Below, in pieces: positions 9,647 through 19,456 of a stretch of DNA of 64,000 bases. The stretch is from an uncultured Mycoplasma sp. (GTDB lineage Bacteria; Bacillota_I; Bacilli_A; RF39; UBA660). The stretch spans positions 3,108-67,107 of the forward strand of contig CAZIFN010000001.1 of NCBI GenBank assembly GCA_964538205.1. Reading direction: 5' to 3'. The stretch's first letter is position 1; every line of letters starts with the position of its first letter. A program made the position numbers and the translations under genes. The notes below the pieces were generated by a model. It searched no databases. It was not told where the DNA came from and saw nothing but the letters and a program-made list of their open reading frames with translations.

Positions 9647-10546
9647 CTATTTAATATCATCACTTTTTTGTTTTACTTTATAGTTTTTATCAGAAGATTG
9701 CTGATTCTTTTTACTAACACGTTCATTAATATCAAGTTCTACAATAGAATCACATATTTTATAACGATAAAAGTTTTTAATATCAGTATAATCTCCCTCA
9801 TTATTAGCAAGATTCATAGCTCTATGATATTCTCCTCTTTCTCTTTCACGAATATATATAGGAGGTAATCCTGCATCTTCCAATAACTTATTAGTAAATG
9901 CTCTAATCGTTCTTCCATTACCATCTCTAAAAGGATGGATTTTTATTAACTTACAATTAAGCTCAACACAACAATCCAAATATGCAAGTAATTGTTCCGA
10001 ATCATTAGAATCTCTAATTTCAGAAGCAATACTATGTAAATATAAAACATCATCATTAATTGAATTTAATTCATAACGAATATATCTCCAATCACATAAT
10101 TCCGTACCCGTACCAGGTAAATATACACTATGATTTCTAAAAAAACCGGCATACTCAGGAAAAGGAGAATATGCAAATAAAGCTCTATGTAAATCAAGTA
10201 AAGTATAGACATCAAAATTATCATCTATTTCTGAAGAATGAACATATTCATACATTTTCTCCAAACCTTTTACTTCCATATCAGAATGAACATCTTCTAA
10301 TTTACTTTCATTACGTATATATCTTTTAACAAATGCATTTTTTAACTTATCAAAAGTAATATCGTCAGGACCAAGTTCATAATACATTTTAATTAATTTA
10401 GTAGGTATACCTCTATCATCAGTATATAACTTTCCTCTTTCTTTTCTCCATTTATATCCTAAAAAAGTTTCACGTATAATAAAAGATGTATCTAAACCAA
10501 TCTCATTTAAATAACGAGATACTAATACTTTACTATCATCACTCAT
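9647..10546 (-). CDS. Fic-family protein (Fido domain; likely AMPylator/NMP-transferase)
   Basis: 299 aa with the canonical Fic motif HPFRDGNGRTIR near the C-terminus. An ANNEG segment after it loosely resembles an inhibitory (S/T)xxxE(G/N) motif but is not canonical. Confidence 0.8.
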   Translation of the reverse strand: MSDDSKVLVSRYLNEIGLDTSFIIRETFLGYKWRKERGKLYTDDRGIPTKLIKMYYELGPDDITFDKLKNAFVKRYIRNESKLEDVHSDMEVKGLEKMYEYVHSSEIDDNFDVYTLLDLHRALFAYSPFPEYAGFFRNHSVYLPGTGTELCDWRYIRYELNSINDDVLYLHSIASEIRDSNDSEQLLAYLDCCVELNCKLIKIHPFRDGNGRTIRAFTNKLLEDAGLPPIYIRERERGEYHRAMNLANNEGDYTDIKNFYRYKICDSIVELDINERVSKKNQQSSDKNYKVKQKSDDIK

Positions 10547-10603
10547 ACTACTTCCTCCTTAATTAGGGCATATTATAACATAAAAATAATAAAATTTCAA
10601 TTT

Positions 10604-11542
10604 CTACACAACAAAACTTGTATCATCTATAAAATCATAATTTGTTTTATATTTCAATTCCCTAACCAATCTAAATAAAGCTTCATCTTTTTTCTTTGCT
10701 TCAATCATAATATCAATATCCTGATTATACACTTTAACTAATTCAATAAACCGAATAAAAGTATCACTATCAATATAGTCATTATGAAAACGTTTTTCTT
10801 TATTTATTTTACTCCTAGGTGATGAAAAATGAATTTTTGGAACATCTCCTTTCCAACTAATAAATACAATTTTAATAAATTTATCAAAATCAAGTTTTCC
10901 ATTATTACAAATATGATGATGATAATCAAAAACAATAGGTATATCTAATCTATTATATATTTCAATGCAATCATCTATATTAAATGACCTATCGTCATTT
11001 TCAATAGCTATACATTTTTGTAATTCTAAATCAAGTCTCTTAAAATTACAACAAAAACGCTCTATAGAATTTTCCTTTCCAAAAGCTAAACTACCAATAT
11101 GTAATATTAATAACTTTGAATCAATAGAAAAATATTTTAAAAGATTATAATGATAATTAAGTATATCAATACTATTACTAACAACATCATTATGTACACT
11201 ATTTAAAACACAAAACTCCCCAGGATGAAAATCAGTTCTAATTTTATTATTACTTATAATCATACCAATATCATCATATATATCTTTAAAATTACTAAAA
11301 TAATCAAACTCTACATCCCTTCTAGTAGCAAGAGGAATCAAATTCGAAGAAATCCTAAAAAAATGAATATTATTTCTAACATTATAAATAAGAATCTCTT
11401 TCAAAGATAAAAGATTAGACTTAATAATCAATTCTAACTTTTCATAATTTCCCTCCTTACAAAAATTTGTATATGTATAGGTACTAGAAGAAGTTACATC
11501 AAGAGTCTCACTAATACAAGCATATCCAAGTCTAACTTTCAT
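10604..11542 (-). CDS. uvsE: UV DNA damage endonuclease (UvsE/UVDE)
   Basis: 312 aa, colinear with B. subtilis UvsE. Matching blocks include FRISSNLIPLATRRDVEFDY, FHPGEF, ILHIGS, IAIENDDRSF, IVFDYHHH, KIHFSSPRS and IMIEAKKKDEAL. Confidence 0.85.
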   Translation of the reverse strand: MKVRLGYACISETLDVTSSSTYTYTNFCKEGNYEKLELIIKSNLLSLKEILIYNVRNNIHFFRISSNLIPLATRRDVEFDYFSNFKDIYDDIGMIISNNKIRTDFHPGEFCVLNSVHNDVVSNSIDILNYHYNLLKYFSIDSKLLILHIGSLAFGKENSIERFCCNFKRLDLELQKCIAIENDDRSFNIDDCIEIYNRLDIPIVFDYHHHICNNGKLDFDKFIKIVFISWKGDVPKIHFSSPRSKINKEKRFHNDYIDSDTFIRFIELVKVYNQDIDIMIEAKKKDEALFRLVRELKYKTNYDFIDDTSFVV

Positions 11543-11652
11543 AATATCACCAGATATATTATTAATTAAAATAACTAAATTTATTCACTAGAATTACTAA
11601 ATCAAAAAAATAAAGATACAATTTTCATTATATCTTTAAATTACAATACTTT

Positions 11653-14052
11653 TTATTTTACAACAATATTAACTATTTTACCTTTAATTACTATTACTTT
11701 AATGATCTCTTTTCCTTCAATATGTTTTAAGACATTAGAAGCAGACAAAGCTTTTTCTTTTATAATATCCTCATTATCATCAATATTAATAATTATAGTA
11801 TCACGTACTTTACCATTAACTTGAACTGCAATCTCTTTAGTAACATCAACAGTCTTACTAGAATCATATATAGGCCAAGAAGATAAACATATAGCTTTAT
11901 TACCAAGTCTTTCATTTAATTCTTCAGTAATATGTGGAGCAAAAGGATAAAGTAATTTTAATAACACAGTATAATCATCTTTAGAAATAGATGAAACACT
12001 ATAGTATTCATTAACTAACTTCATTAATTCTGATATAGCCGTATTATATTTCATATTATCTATATCTTCAGTTACTTTCTTTATAGTCTTATTAATAATA
12101 CTTTCAAAATTAGAACTATAAGAAGAAGCATCAATATCTACTCTATCATAAAGCCTATATACCCTATCCAAGAAACGACATATTCCCTTTACTCCTTGAT
12201 CATTCCAAGGTGCTTCCAATCCATATTCTCCCATAAACAAAACATAAGTTCTTAATGCATCTGCACCATACTCATCAACAATAGTATTAGGATCAATAGT
12301 ATTACCACGAGATTTACTCATCTTTTCTCCATCAGGTCCTAAAATCAAACCTTGTGCAGTTCTTTTCTTATAAGGTTCACTAGTTGGAACTAATCCAAGG
12401 TCATATAAGAAATGATACCAAAATCTAGAATAAATAACGTGTCTAGTAACATGTTCCATTCCACCATTATACCAGTCAACAGGCATCCAATAATTAAGCT
12501 TTTCTAAAGATGCAAAGCAACAATCATTATTTGGATCAATATATCTTAAAAAATACCAACTAGAACCAGCCCATTGAGGCATAGTATCTGTTTCTCTTTT
12601 AGCTTTTTTTCCACACTTAGGACATTTACAATTTACAAAACTATCAATTTTAGCTAACGGACTTTCACCATCAGTACCAACCTCAAAATTAGTAACTTCA
12701 GGCAAACGTAAAGGCAATTCTTCATAAGGAACAGCAACATCACCACAATGTTTACAATGAACTATAGGAATTGGCTCACCCCAATATCTTTGTCTATTAA
12801 ATGCCCAATCCTTCATCTTATATTGAACAGCAGCCTCACCAAGCTTATTTTCTTTTAAATATTCAATAACTTTATCAATAGCATCTTTTTTATTTAATCC
12901 ATCCAAGAAAGAAGAATTAATATGTAACCCATCACCAGTATAAGCCTCTTTAGAAATATCACCACCTGCTATAACAGGAACAATATCAATATCAAACTTA
13001 CAAGCAAATTCATAATCTCTAGTATCATGTGCAGGAACAGCCATAATAGCCCCAGTACCATAACCCAACATTACATAATCAGATATATAAATAGGTATTT
13101 CTTTACCAGAAACTGGATTTATAGCAACTAACCCGTCAATTTTAACCCCGGTCTTATCTTTAGCAAGCTGTACTCTTTCAAACTCTGTTTTCTTCTTTGC
13201 TTCTTCCCTATACAACATAATATCATTCATATTATTGATCTTATCTTTATAATTATCAATAATACTATGTTCTGGTGCCAAAACCATAAAAGTTGCTCCA
13301 AATAAAGTATCAGGACGCGTAGTATATACCTTTAAAACCTCATCAATATCTTTTACCTTAAAATTAACAAAAGCACCAGTAGATTTTCCAATCCAATTCT
13401 CTTGTTGCAATTTAATATTTGGTAAATAGTCTACTTCTTTTAATCCATCCAACAACTTATCGGCATATTCAGTAATGCGTAAATACCAAACATCTTTTTC
13501 CTTTTGAATAACTTGAGAATGACAAATATCACACTTACCACCTTGGCAATCTTCATTAGAAAGTACAACTCTACAACTAGGACAATAATTAACAAGAGTC
13601 TTATCTCTAAATGCAAGACCCTTTTCAAACATCTTTAAAAATATCCATTGAGTCCATTTATAATAATTTTCATCAGTAGTATCAACAACTCTAGACCAAT
13701 CAAAAGAAAAACCAACTTTTTTTAATTGACTAGCAAACACTTCAATATTTCTATCCGTTAAAACCCTAGGATGAATATTTTGCTTAATAGCAGAGTTTTC
13801 AGTAGGCAAACCAAATGCATCATATCCAATAGGAAACAAAACATTATATCCTTCCATTCTCTTCTTCCTAGTAACAACTTCCAATCCAGAATAAGCCTTT
13901 ATATGACCTAAATGCATACCAACACCAGAAGGATATGGAAACTCTACTAAAGCATAAAATTTCTTTTTGCTATAGTCATCAAGAGCCTTAAAACAGCCTA
14001 TTTTATCCCAATAATCTTGCCATTTCTTCTCTATTTCTTTAAAATTATACAT
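11653..14052 (-). CDS. leuS: Leucine--tRNA ligase
   Basis: 799 aa. HLGH (HIGH) and KMSKS motifs are present along with the zinc-finger and editing-domain regions. Overall colinearity with LeuS is strong. Confidence 0.95.
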   Translation of the reverse strand: MYNFKEIEKKWQDYWDKIGCFKALDDYSKKKFYALVEFPYPSGVGMHLGHIKAYSGLEVVTRKKRMEGYNVLFPIGYDAFGLPTENSAIKQNIHPRVLTDRNIEVFASQLKKVGFSFDWSRVVDTTDENYYKWTQWIFLKMFEKGLAFRDKTLVNYCPSCRVVLSNEDCQGGKCDICHSQVIQKEKDVWYLRITEYADKLLDGLKEVDYLPNIKLQQENWIGKSTGAFVNFKVKDIDEVLKVYTTRPDTLFGATFMVLAPEHSIIDNYKDKINNMNDIMLYREEAKKKTEFERVQLAKDKTGVKIDGLVAINPVSGKEIPIYISDYVMLGYGTGAIMAVPAHDTRDYEFACKFDIDIVPVIAGGDISKEAYTGDGLHINSSFLDGLNKKDAIDKVIEYLKENKLGEAAVQYKMKDWAFNRQRYWGEPIPIVHCKHCGDVAVPYEELPLRLPEVTNFEVGTDGESPLAKIDSFVNCKCPKCGKKAKRETDTMPQWAGSSWYFLRYIDPNNDCCFASLEKLNYWMPVDWYNGGMEHVTRHVIYSRFWYHFLYDLGLVPTSEPYKKRTAQGLILGPDGEKMSKSRGNTIDPNTIVDEYGADALRTYVLFMGEYGLEAPWNDQGVKGICRFLDRVYRLYDRVDIDASSYSSNFESIINKTIKKVTEDIDNMKYNTAISELMKLVNEYYSVSSISKDDYTVLLKLLYPFAPHITEELNERLGNKAICLSSWPIYDSSKTVDVTKEIAVQVNGKVRDTIIINIDDNEDIIKEKALSASNVLKHIEGKEIIKVIVIKGKIVNIVVK

Positions 14053-14431
14053 TTTTAATCAATCCTTTCTTCTTATAATATTTATATAATAACCAATAAC
14101 TAGTAGCAACAATAGGTATAATCAAAATAGCCGCTAGTAAAAAAGACAACAAATAACTCTCAAACAAAGTAATAATAGTAACTATAAGAGTTATATCAAA
14201 AGATGAAACTAATGATACTAAAAATAATAATTTATTATAATTAACTTTCTTTAAGTCTAATTTATATTTATTAACTAAATAATTAATTTCTGCCAGTTCC
14301 TTTTTTTTCTTAACTTTTTTACTTTTATTATCTTTATTTTTTATATACTTCTTCATTGGTAAAACAAAAACCAACTGATAAATAATAAATACAACTATAT
14401 AACAAGCTATAAATAAAATTACCTCTTCCAT
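14045..14431 (-). CDS. Small polytopic membrane protein of unknown function, translationally coupled to leuS
   Basis: The track ORF starts at 14467, but that ATG lies in the loop of the T-box terminator hairpin. The more plausible start is MEEVILFIACY... at 14431, preceded by a GGAGGAG RBS. It overlaps the leuS start by 8 nt. Confidence 0.5.
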   Translation of the reverse strand: MEEVILFIACYIVVFIIYQLVFVLPMKKYIKNKDNKSKKVKKKKELAEINYLVNKYKLDLKKVNYNKLLFLVSLVSSFDITLIVTIITLFESYLLSFLLAAILIIPIVATSYWLLYKYYKKKGLIKNV

Positions 14432-14439
14432 AATCACTC

Positions 14440-14700
14440 CTCCAAAATAAAATTCGTCCTTAAACATAAGGACGAATTAATTCGCGGTACCACCTTACTT
14501 CATAGTAAACTATGCAGCTTTAATAGAGATATTGGTCTAACCATAATATTATAAATTAGTCAAGTTCGCAAAAAACCATATACTTATTTTCACCAAACAT
14601 AAGCTCTCTAAAATACGAAATCATTGCTACTACTACTAACAATATTTAAAAAATATAAACATAGTATATTAAATTACTTAAAATATTTCAAGCATTTTTA
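14440..14700 (-). promoter_or_regulatory. T-box riboswitch leader (tRNA-sensing antitermination element) controlling the leuS operon
   Basis: Minus-strand AAGGTGGTACCGCG (plus 14483-14496) matches the conserved T-box sequence AGGGUGGNACCGCG. A terminator hairpin and U-run follow immediately. An upstream AGAGAG...AUCUCUAU Stem-I-like pairing encloses a GAACUUG segment (a candidate Leu CUU specifier). Confidence 0.7.
14442..14477 (-). terminator. Intrinsic terminator of the leuS T-box leader
   Basis: 12-bp stem AATTCGTCCTTA / TAAGGACGAATT with a 3-nt loop, followed on the minus strand by TTTTATTTT. Confidence 0.7.
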
Positions 14701-14710
14701 TAAAAATTTA

Positions 14711-17149
14711 CTAAACTTCACTAATATAATCCAACAATCTTAAGAAAAGACTAATATATTCTTTAGAAAGACCCTTACTCTTTAACTTTCTAATAGCAAT
14801 TCTTTTATTCTTTAAAGGTAATTCTCCAAACATTATTCCAGCTATTTCTTCTTTTAAATAAGTTTCAATCTTTAAATCAAGCAAGACACTATTAACATCA
14901 TCATTAATTAATCTCATCGCATCAATTTCAATATCTTTTCCTTTACAATTAATAGTTAATTGACCAATGGTAGGACAATCCTTAATTTCAACTATAAAAT
15001 CAGTAGAATCAACATAACTAATTAAATCAATTTTTTCATTATTAAAATATGCAGTAACATCATCAGCTTGTTTAGTATTTCTAAACACCATTTTATAATT
15101 TCTCGTATCAGGTACAATACCAGATTTACCTTCTATAGATCTAATAATTACCGTATAATTATTTCTTAAATAGTTATAGTCGATAGAAGTCTTTAAAAAA
15201 TATCCTTCCTTATATAATGAAGTAACACCATCGTCTTCATATAAAGTATAAGTATTACTTATACCAGGAAATATCTGAATTTCCAAATCAGTAGGTATTC
15301 CCGTATTATTATAATCACTCCTATTAGATAAAGGTATTATAGAACCAGCATGAGCAAAAACAGGAAAATCTTCCTCCTTAAAAAAGGAAATATATTTTTT
15401 ATTACCAGGAAACTTTTTACCAGTAATAAAATCATACCAAATACCATCTGGTATAAAAAAGCGATGCAAAGTTCTATTCATTACCATATCTTTTTTTTCA
15501 AGAATAGGACAAACTAATAACTGTGATCCAAAATAATACTGATTTCTATATAAATCATCATCATAAACCCACATATAATTATAATAAAATGGTTGAATTA
15601 ATGGTATCCCAGATTTAGTATAATTATAAGCCTCAGTATATAAATAAGGTATTAATCTATGACGAAGACGCAAATAATCAGCCGCTATAGATTCAGTTTG
15701 AGCATCCCATAACCAAGGTTCCTTTTTATAATATGGACCTCTAGCTCCATGAAATCTTAAAATTGGAGAAAAAGTACTTAACTGCAAATATCTAACATAA
15801 AGATCCCCATCTTCAACACCACCATGGTTACCAGCAACATCATGACTCCACCAACTAACACCAATATTAGAAGCATTCAAATACATAAAAGGTAATTCCT
15901 TTAGTTTTTCCCAACTTATTTCACTAGAACCACCATATAATATTCCATATCTATGAGATGCCATTATACCATTTCTAGAAAGTAACATACCTCTTTTATT
16001 TACACTACGTTTAGAATCTAAATACAAATAATGATTAACAGCCCAAAGATTACTAAGATTATTAACATCTCCATAATAGTCATTCCAAAAGAAATCAACA
16101 CCATAAGCCTCTAATGGATGCAAAAACATTTTAAACATAACATCTAATAATTTAGGATTTAAAGGATCAAACTTAATAATACTATTATCAGTAATTCCTA
16201 AATATTCACTTGCTTGTTTATAATAAGTCTCATGTTGATAAATTCCTTCTGTAGGATTAATACATAAACCTACTCTAATACCTCTAACATGAAATTGATC
16301 AATCATTTTCTTAGGATCATTAAACAAATCACTGTTAAAAGAAAAACCCGTTTTTAGACCTTTAATATCACCTATATTTCTATAATGCCAATCATTATCA
16401 AATACCATAACTGAAAGAGGAATTCTCTTCTTTTCAAAATGACGAATTAAATCAGTAACCGTTTTATCATCATAAGTAATATTCCTACTCCACCAATTAC
16501 CAAGAGCATACCTAGGTATCAAAGAAGGTGAACCAGTTAATTTAAAATAATCAGATAAAGTATGCTTAAAATCCTTATCATACATAAATACATATACATC
16601 AATATGATTAGCAGGAGCCTCACCTAAAGTACCATCTTCCATAATAACTTTGCTTTGCGAATCATCAATAGACGCAAAACCATCCAAAGAATACAAACCC
16701 TTAGAAAAAACTTCACTAGTTTTAACATCAACTCCAACCATATTACCCTTTAAATTTCTAGCTTCAGGATGTCCATAATACCAATCTTTATTTCTATCTC
16801 GTTCACGACTAGTCAAAGTTATTTTTAAATTTCTCATTGGATCAATACTATTACCTAAAAAAGGTTTATTTTTTACATACACTAAAGAAAAATACTTTGT
16901 AGTAATCTCTAAAATATTATTATCCTCTCTTACAGAAAAATTAGCATTAGAAATATTTCTCCTCAAAACTAATTGTGTTGGTCTGTCAATAAATTTTCCC
17001 TCTGGTGAATACTCTAATCTTACTAATCTATCAGTAAGCACAGAAATACGATAAGTTTTTCCTTGAAAACAAGCCTTATCGTTACATTTAACTTTTGTAT
17101 AATCAACTTCAAATTGCTTTCCTAACGGATACATACCAACACCTCTCAT
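14711..17149 (-). CDS. Glycoside hydrolase family 31-like protein (alpha-glucosidase/alpha-xylosidase fold)
   Basis: 812 aa. RIPLSVMVFDNDWHY resembles the GH31 IPxDVxWxDIDYM block. GVDFFWNDYYG matches the nucleophile motif (WxDMNE). RYGILYGGSSEISWEKL aligns to the (H)WxGDNxSxWExL acid/base block but with GD replaced by GS. Family assignment is by motif only. Confidence 0.55.
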   Translation of the reverse strand: MRGVGMYPLGKQFEVDYTKVKCNDKACFQGKTYRISVLTDRLVRLEYSPEGKFIDRPTQLVLRRNISNANFSVREDNNILEITTKYFSLVYVKNKPFLGNSIDPMRNLKITLTSRERDRNKDWYYGHPEARNLKGNMVGVDVKTSEVFSKGLYSLDGFASIDDSQSKVIMEDGTLGEAPANHIDVYVFMYDKDFKHTLSDYFKLTGSPSLIPRYALGNWWSRNITYDDKTVTDLIRHFEKKRIPLSVMVFDNDWHYRNIGDIKGLKTGFSFNSDLFNDPKKMIDQFHVRGIRVGLCINPTEGIYQHETYYKQASEYLGITDNSIIKFDPLNPKLLDVMFKMFLHPLEAYGVDFFWNDYYGDVNNLSNLWAVNHYLYLDSKRSVNKRGMLLSRNGIMASHRYGILYGGSSEISWEKLKELPFMYLNASNIGVSWWSHDVAGNHGGVEDGDLYVRYLQLSTFSPILRFHGARGPYYKKEPWLWDAQTESIAADYLRLRHRLIPYLYTEAYNYTKSGIPLIQPFYYNYMWVYDDDLYRNQYYFGSQLLVCPILEKKDMVMNRTLHRFFIPDGIWYDFITGKKFPGNKKYISFFKEEDFPVFAHAGSIIPLSNRSDYNNTGIPTDLEIQIFPGISNTYTLYEDDGVTSLYKEGYFLKTSIDYNYLRNNYTVIIRSIEGKSGIVPDTRNYKMVFRNTKQADDVTAYFNNEKIDLISYVDSTDFIVEIKDCPTIGQLTINCKGKDIEIDAMRLINDDVNSVLLDLKIETYLKEEIAGIMFGELPLKNKRIAIRKLKSKGLSKEYISLFLRLLDYISEV

Positions 17150-17224
17150 TATTCTAGTAACATAATATCACATATCAGAAAATATTCCAAGGAAAAAGAA
17201 ATAATAAAACATTATATTTTCTAA

Positions 17225-18367
17225 CTAATTATCCAAAAATTCCGCATAATACTCCTCATAAGAAATATCATTTTCATAAATATATTTAGCTATTTTTTTA
17301 CCTACATACCTATAATGCCAAGGTTCACTTTTAAAACCAGTAATATTGGAATTACTTTTCGTAAATCTCATAATAAAACCATATTTATAAGCATTTTCTT
17401 GCATCCATTCATATTCTTCTGACTGAGCAAAAATATTACTAGAAGTACTACCTATATCAAAAGCAAGTCCAGTTTGATGTTCTGAATATCCAGGAAGAGC
17501 CACATATCTAGTAACATAACCATCACCATAAAGATCCCTATAAGTATCACAAATTTCCTCTTGGTCTTGATATGACCTATAACCTGAATTAACAACTAAA
17601 CCTAAGCCCTCCGTCTTAGCAGCAGAAGCCATATTCTCAAAAGCAACAACAGCCTCCCTATTACCCTTTTGAATATCCTCATTACAATACTCACTATCAA
17701 CTTCAATTAAATCATTAGGAACAAAATCATCCGCCAATTTATAATGTTTATTAACCAACATATCAAACGAAAAATTAGAAACAATAAACGGATTAGTATA
17801 ATCATCTGAATCCATACCTAAATTAACAAATAAAACTGTATTTTCCTCATCTTCTCCAGTTTCACTAGAATATTTAACATAGCGATCATAATATTTTAAT
17901 TTAGCATAAGAAATACTGTAAAATTCTTCCAAATACTTAATTTTATCCCTTTTAGCAAATTCCGTAACATCAGCATCAGTACCATGAGCTAATATTAAAG
18001 AAATATTACTATTACTATATCCTTTACTAACTAAAGCATTTATATTTTTTATAATATTAGACTGACTAAAATATTTTATTTTAGAATAACTATCTAAATT
18101 TTCTTCTTTATAATAACTACTTTTAAAAGCCTCATTTAAAGTTTCACTCATCTCAATAGACATTACATAATCTTTTTTTCCAGATAATAAAATATTTTTA
18201 CTAGCAACACGATCATAACCTAATTTCATAATATCTTTAATTTGATTTGAATAAAATAAGTATCCACCAAAACAACATAAAATAATAACTAATATGACTT
18301 TTAAAACAATTTTAAAAGGTTTTTTTAATTTCAACTTTTTCTTTTTAGCCAATATACTCACCTTCAA
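17225..18367 (-). CDS. D-alanyl-D-alanine carboxypeptidase, M15B/VanY family, membrane-anchored
   Basis: 380 aa with an N-terminal TM helix. SGYRSYQDQ...ALPGYSEHQTGLAFDI is the VanY zinc-peptidase signature. Confidence 0.8.
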   Translation of the reverse strand: MKVSILAKKKKLKLKKPFKIVLKVILVIILCCFGGYLFYSNQIKDIMKLGYDRVASKNILLSGKKDYVMSIEMSETLNEAFKSSYYKEENLDSYSKIKYFSQSNIIKNINALVSKGYSNSNISLILAHGTDADVTEFAKRDKIKYLEEFYSISYAKLKYYDRYVKYSSETGEDEENTVLFVNLGMDSDDYTNPFIVSNFSFDMLVNKHYKLADDFVPNDLIEVDSEYCNEDIQKGNREAVVAFENMASAAKTEGLGLVVNSGYRSYQDQEEICDTYRDLYGDGYVTRYVALPGYSEHQTGLAFDIGSTSSNIFAQSEEYEWMQENAYKYGFIMRFTKSNSNITGFKSEPWHYRYVGKKIAKYIYENDISYEEYYAEFLDN

Positions 18368-18436
18368 TCCAACATCTTAAATTAAGTATATCATAATTTT
18401 TTAAATAAATATGATAAAATATTCTTGGTGATATAA

Positions 18437-19381
18437 ATGAACGAATTTAAGTATAGTAATAATAACAAAAGATATCATACTTTAGACTATTATTATAAAA
18501 ATTTATTTAATGAAAAAGTATTTAAAGTTAGTTTAGATGCAGGCTTCACATGTCCTAATATTGATGGAACTGTTGGATACTCCGGATGTATATATTGTTC
18601 TAAATTAGGTGCCGGAGAATTTGCAGGTAATAAAAATGAAGATATTGAAACACAGTTTCTAAAGATAAGAAATATGATGTTATTAAAATGGCCTAAAGCA
18701 AAATATATAGGCTATTTTCAAGCACATACCAATACATATGCTCCAGTTGAAAAGTTAAAAGAATTACATAATAAAATATTAAAGCAAGAAAATGTAATAG
18801 GGTTAAGCATCGCAACAAGAGCAGACTCTATAACAGATGAATGTCTAGATTATTTAGAAAAGTTAAACCAAAAAACATTTTTAACCATTGAATTAGGATT
18901 ACAAACTATACACGAAAAAACATCAAAACTAATAAATCGATGTCATACATTAAAATGTTTTGAAGACATGGTTAAAAATTTACGTAAAAGAAATATAAAC
19001 GTTGTTGTACACATTATAAATGGATTACCCTATGAAACAAAAAAAGATATGTTAGACACTGTAAAATATTTAAACAAATTAGACATTCAAGGAATAAAAA
19101 TACACATGTTAAGTATATTAAAAGACACAGCTTTAGAAAAACTATATCAAAAAGATAAATTTAAAGTATTAACAAAAGAAGAATATATTGATATAACAGT
19201 ATCCCAATTAGAACTATTAAGACCTGAAATAGTAATCCATCGAATAACAGGAGATCCTAAAATAGATGACTTAATAGAACCATCCTGGCTAACAAAAAAG
19301 TTCTGTGTTCTAAATGACATAGATAAAGAACTAGTAAAACGTAACACTTATCAAGGTAAAAAGTGTCAAAGCAAAATGTAA
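18437..19381 (+). CDS. TIGR01212-family radical SAM protein (YtqA-like)
   Basis: 314 aa. SLDAGFTCPNIDGTVGYSGCIYCS is the characteristic N-terminal cluster of this radical SAM subfamily. A hairpin-plus-T-run terminator follows at about 19378-19412. Confidence 0.7.
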   Translation: MNEFKYSNNNKRYHTLDYYYKNLFNEKVFKVSLDAGFTCPNIDGTVGYSGCIYCSKLGAGEFAGNKNEDIETQFLKIRNMMLLKWPKAKYIGYFQAHTNTYAPVEKLKELHNKILKQENVIGLSIATRADSITDECLDYLEKLNQKTFLTIELGLQTIHEKTSKLINRCHTLKCFEDMVKNLRKRNINVVVHIINGLPYETKKDMLDTVKYLNKLDIQGIKIHMLSILKDTALEKLYQKDKFKVLTKEEYIDITVSQLELLRPEIVIHRITGDPKIDDLIEPSWLTKKFCVLNDIDKELVKRNTYQGKKCQSKM

Positions 19382-19456
19382 ACATCAATGTAAATGTTTA
19401 TGTTTTTTTGTCAAAAGAAATGTAGCACCAAAAAAAATTATGTAAAATAATAATAG

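Noticed and set aside
9460-9654. Plus-strand 64-aa ORF in the LtaS/Fic gap
   Set aside because: Its low-complexity translation is antisense to a much better minus-strand Cse60-like ORF with a recognisable family signature.
14432-14467. First 12 codons of the track ORF 14045-14467
   Set aside because: The ATG lies in the loop of the T-box terminator hairpin. A downstream ATG with a strong RBS is the more plausible start.
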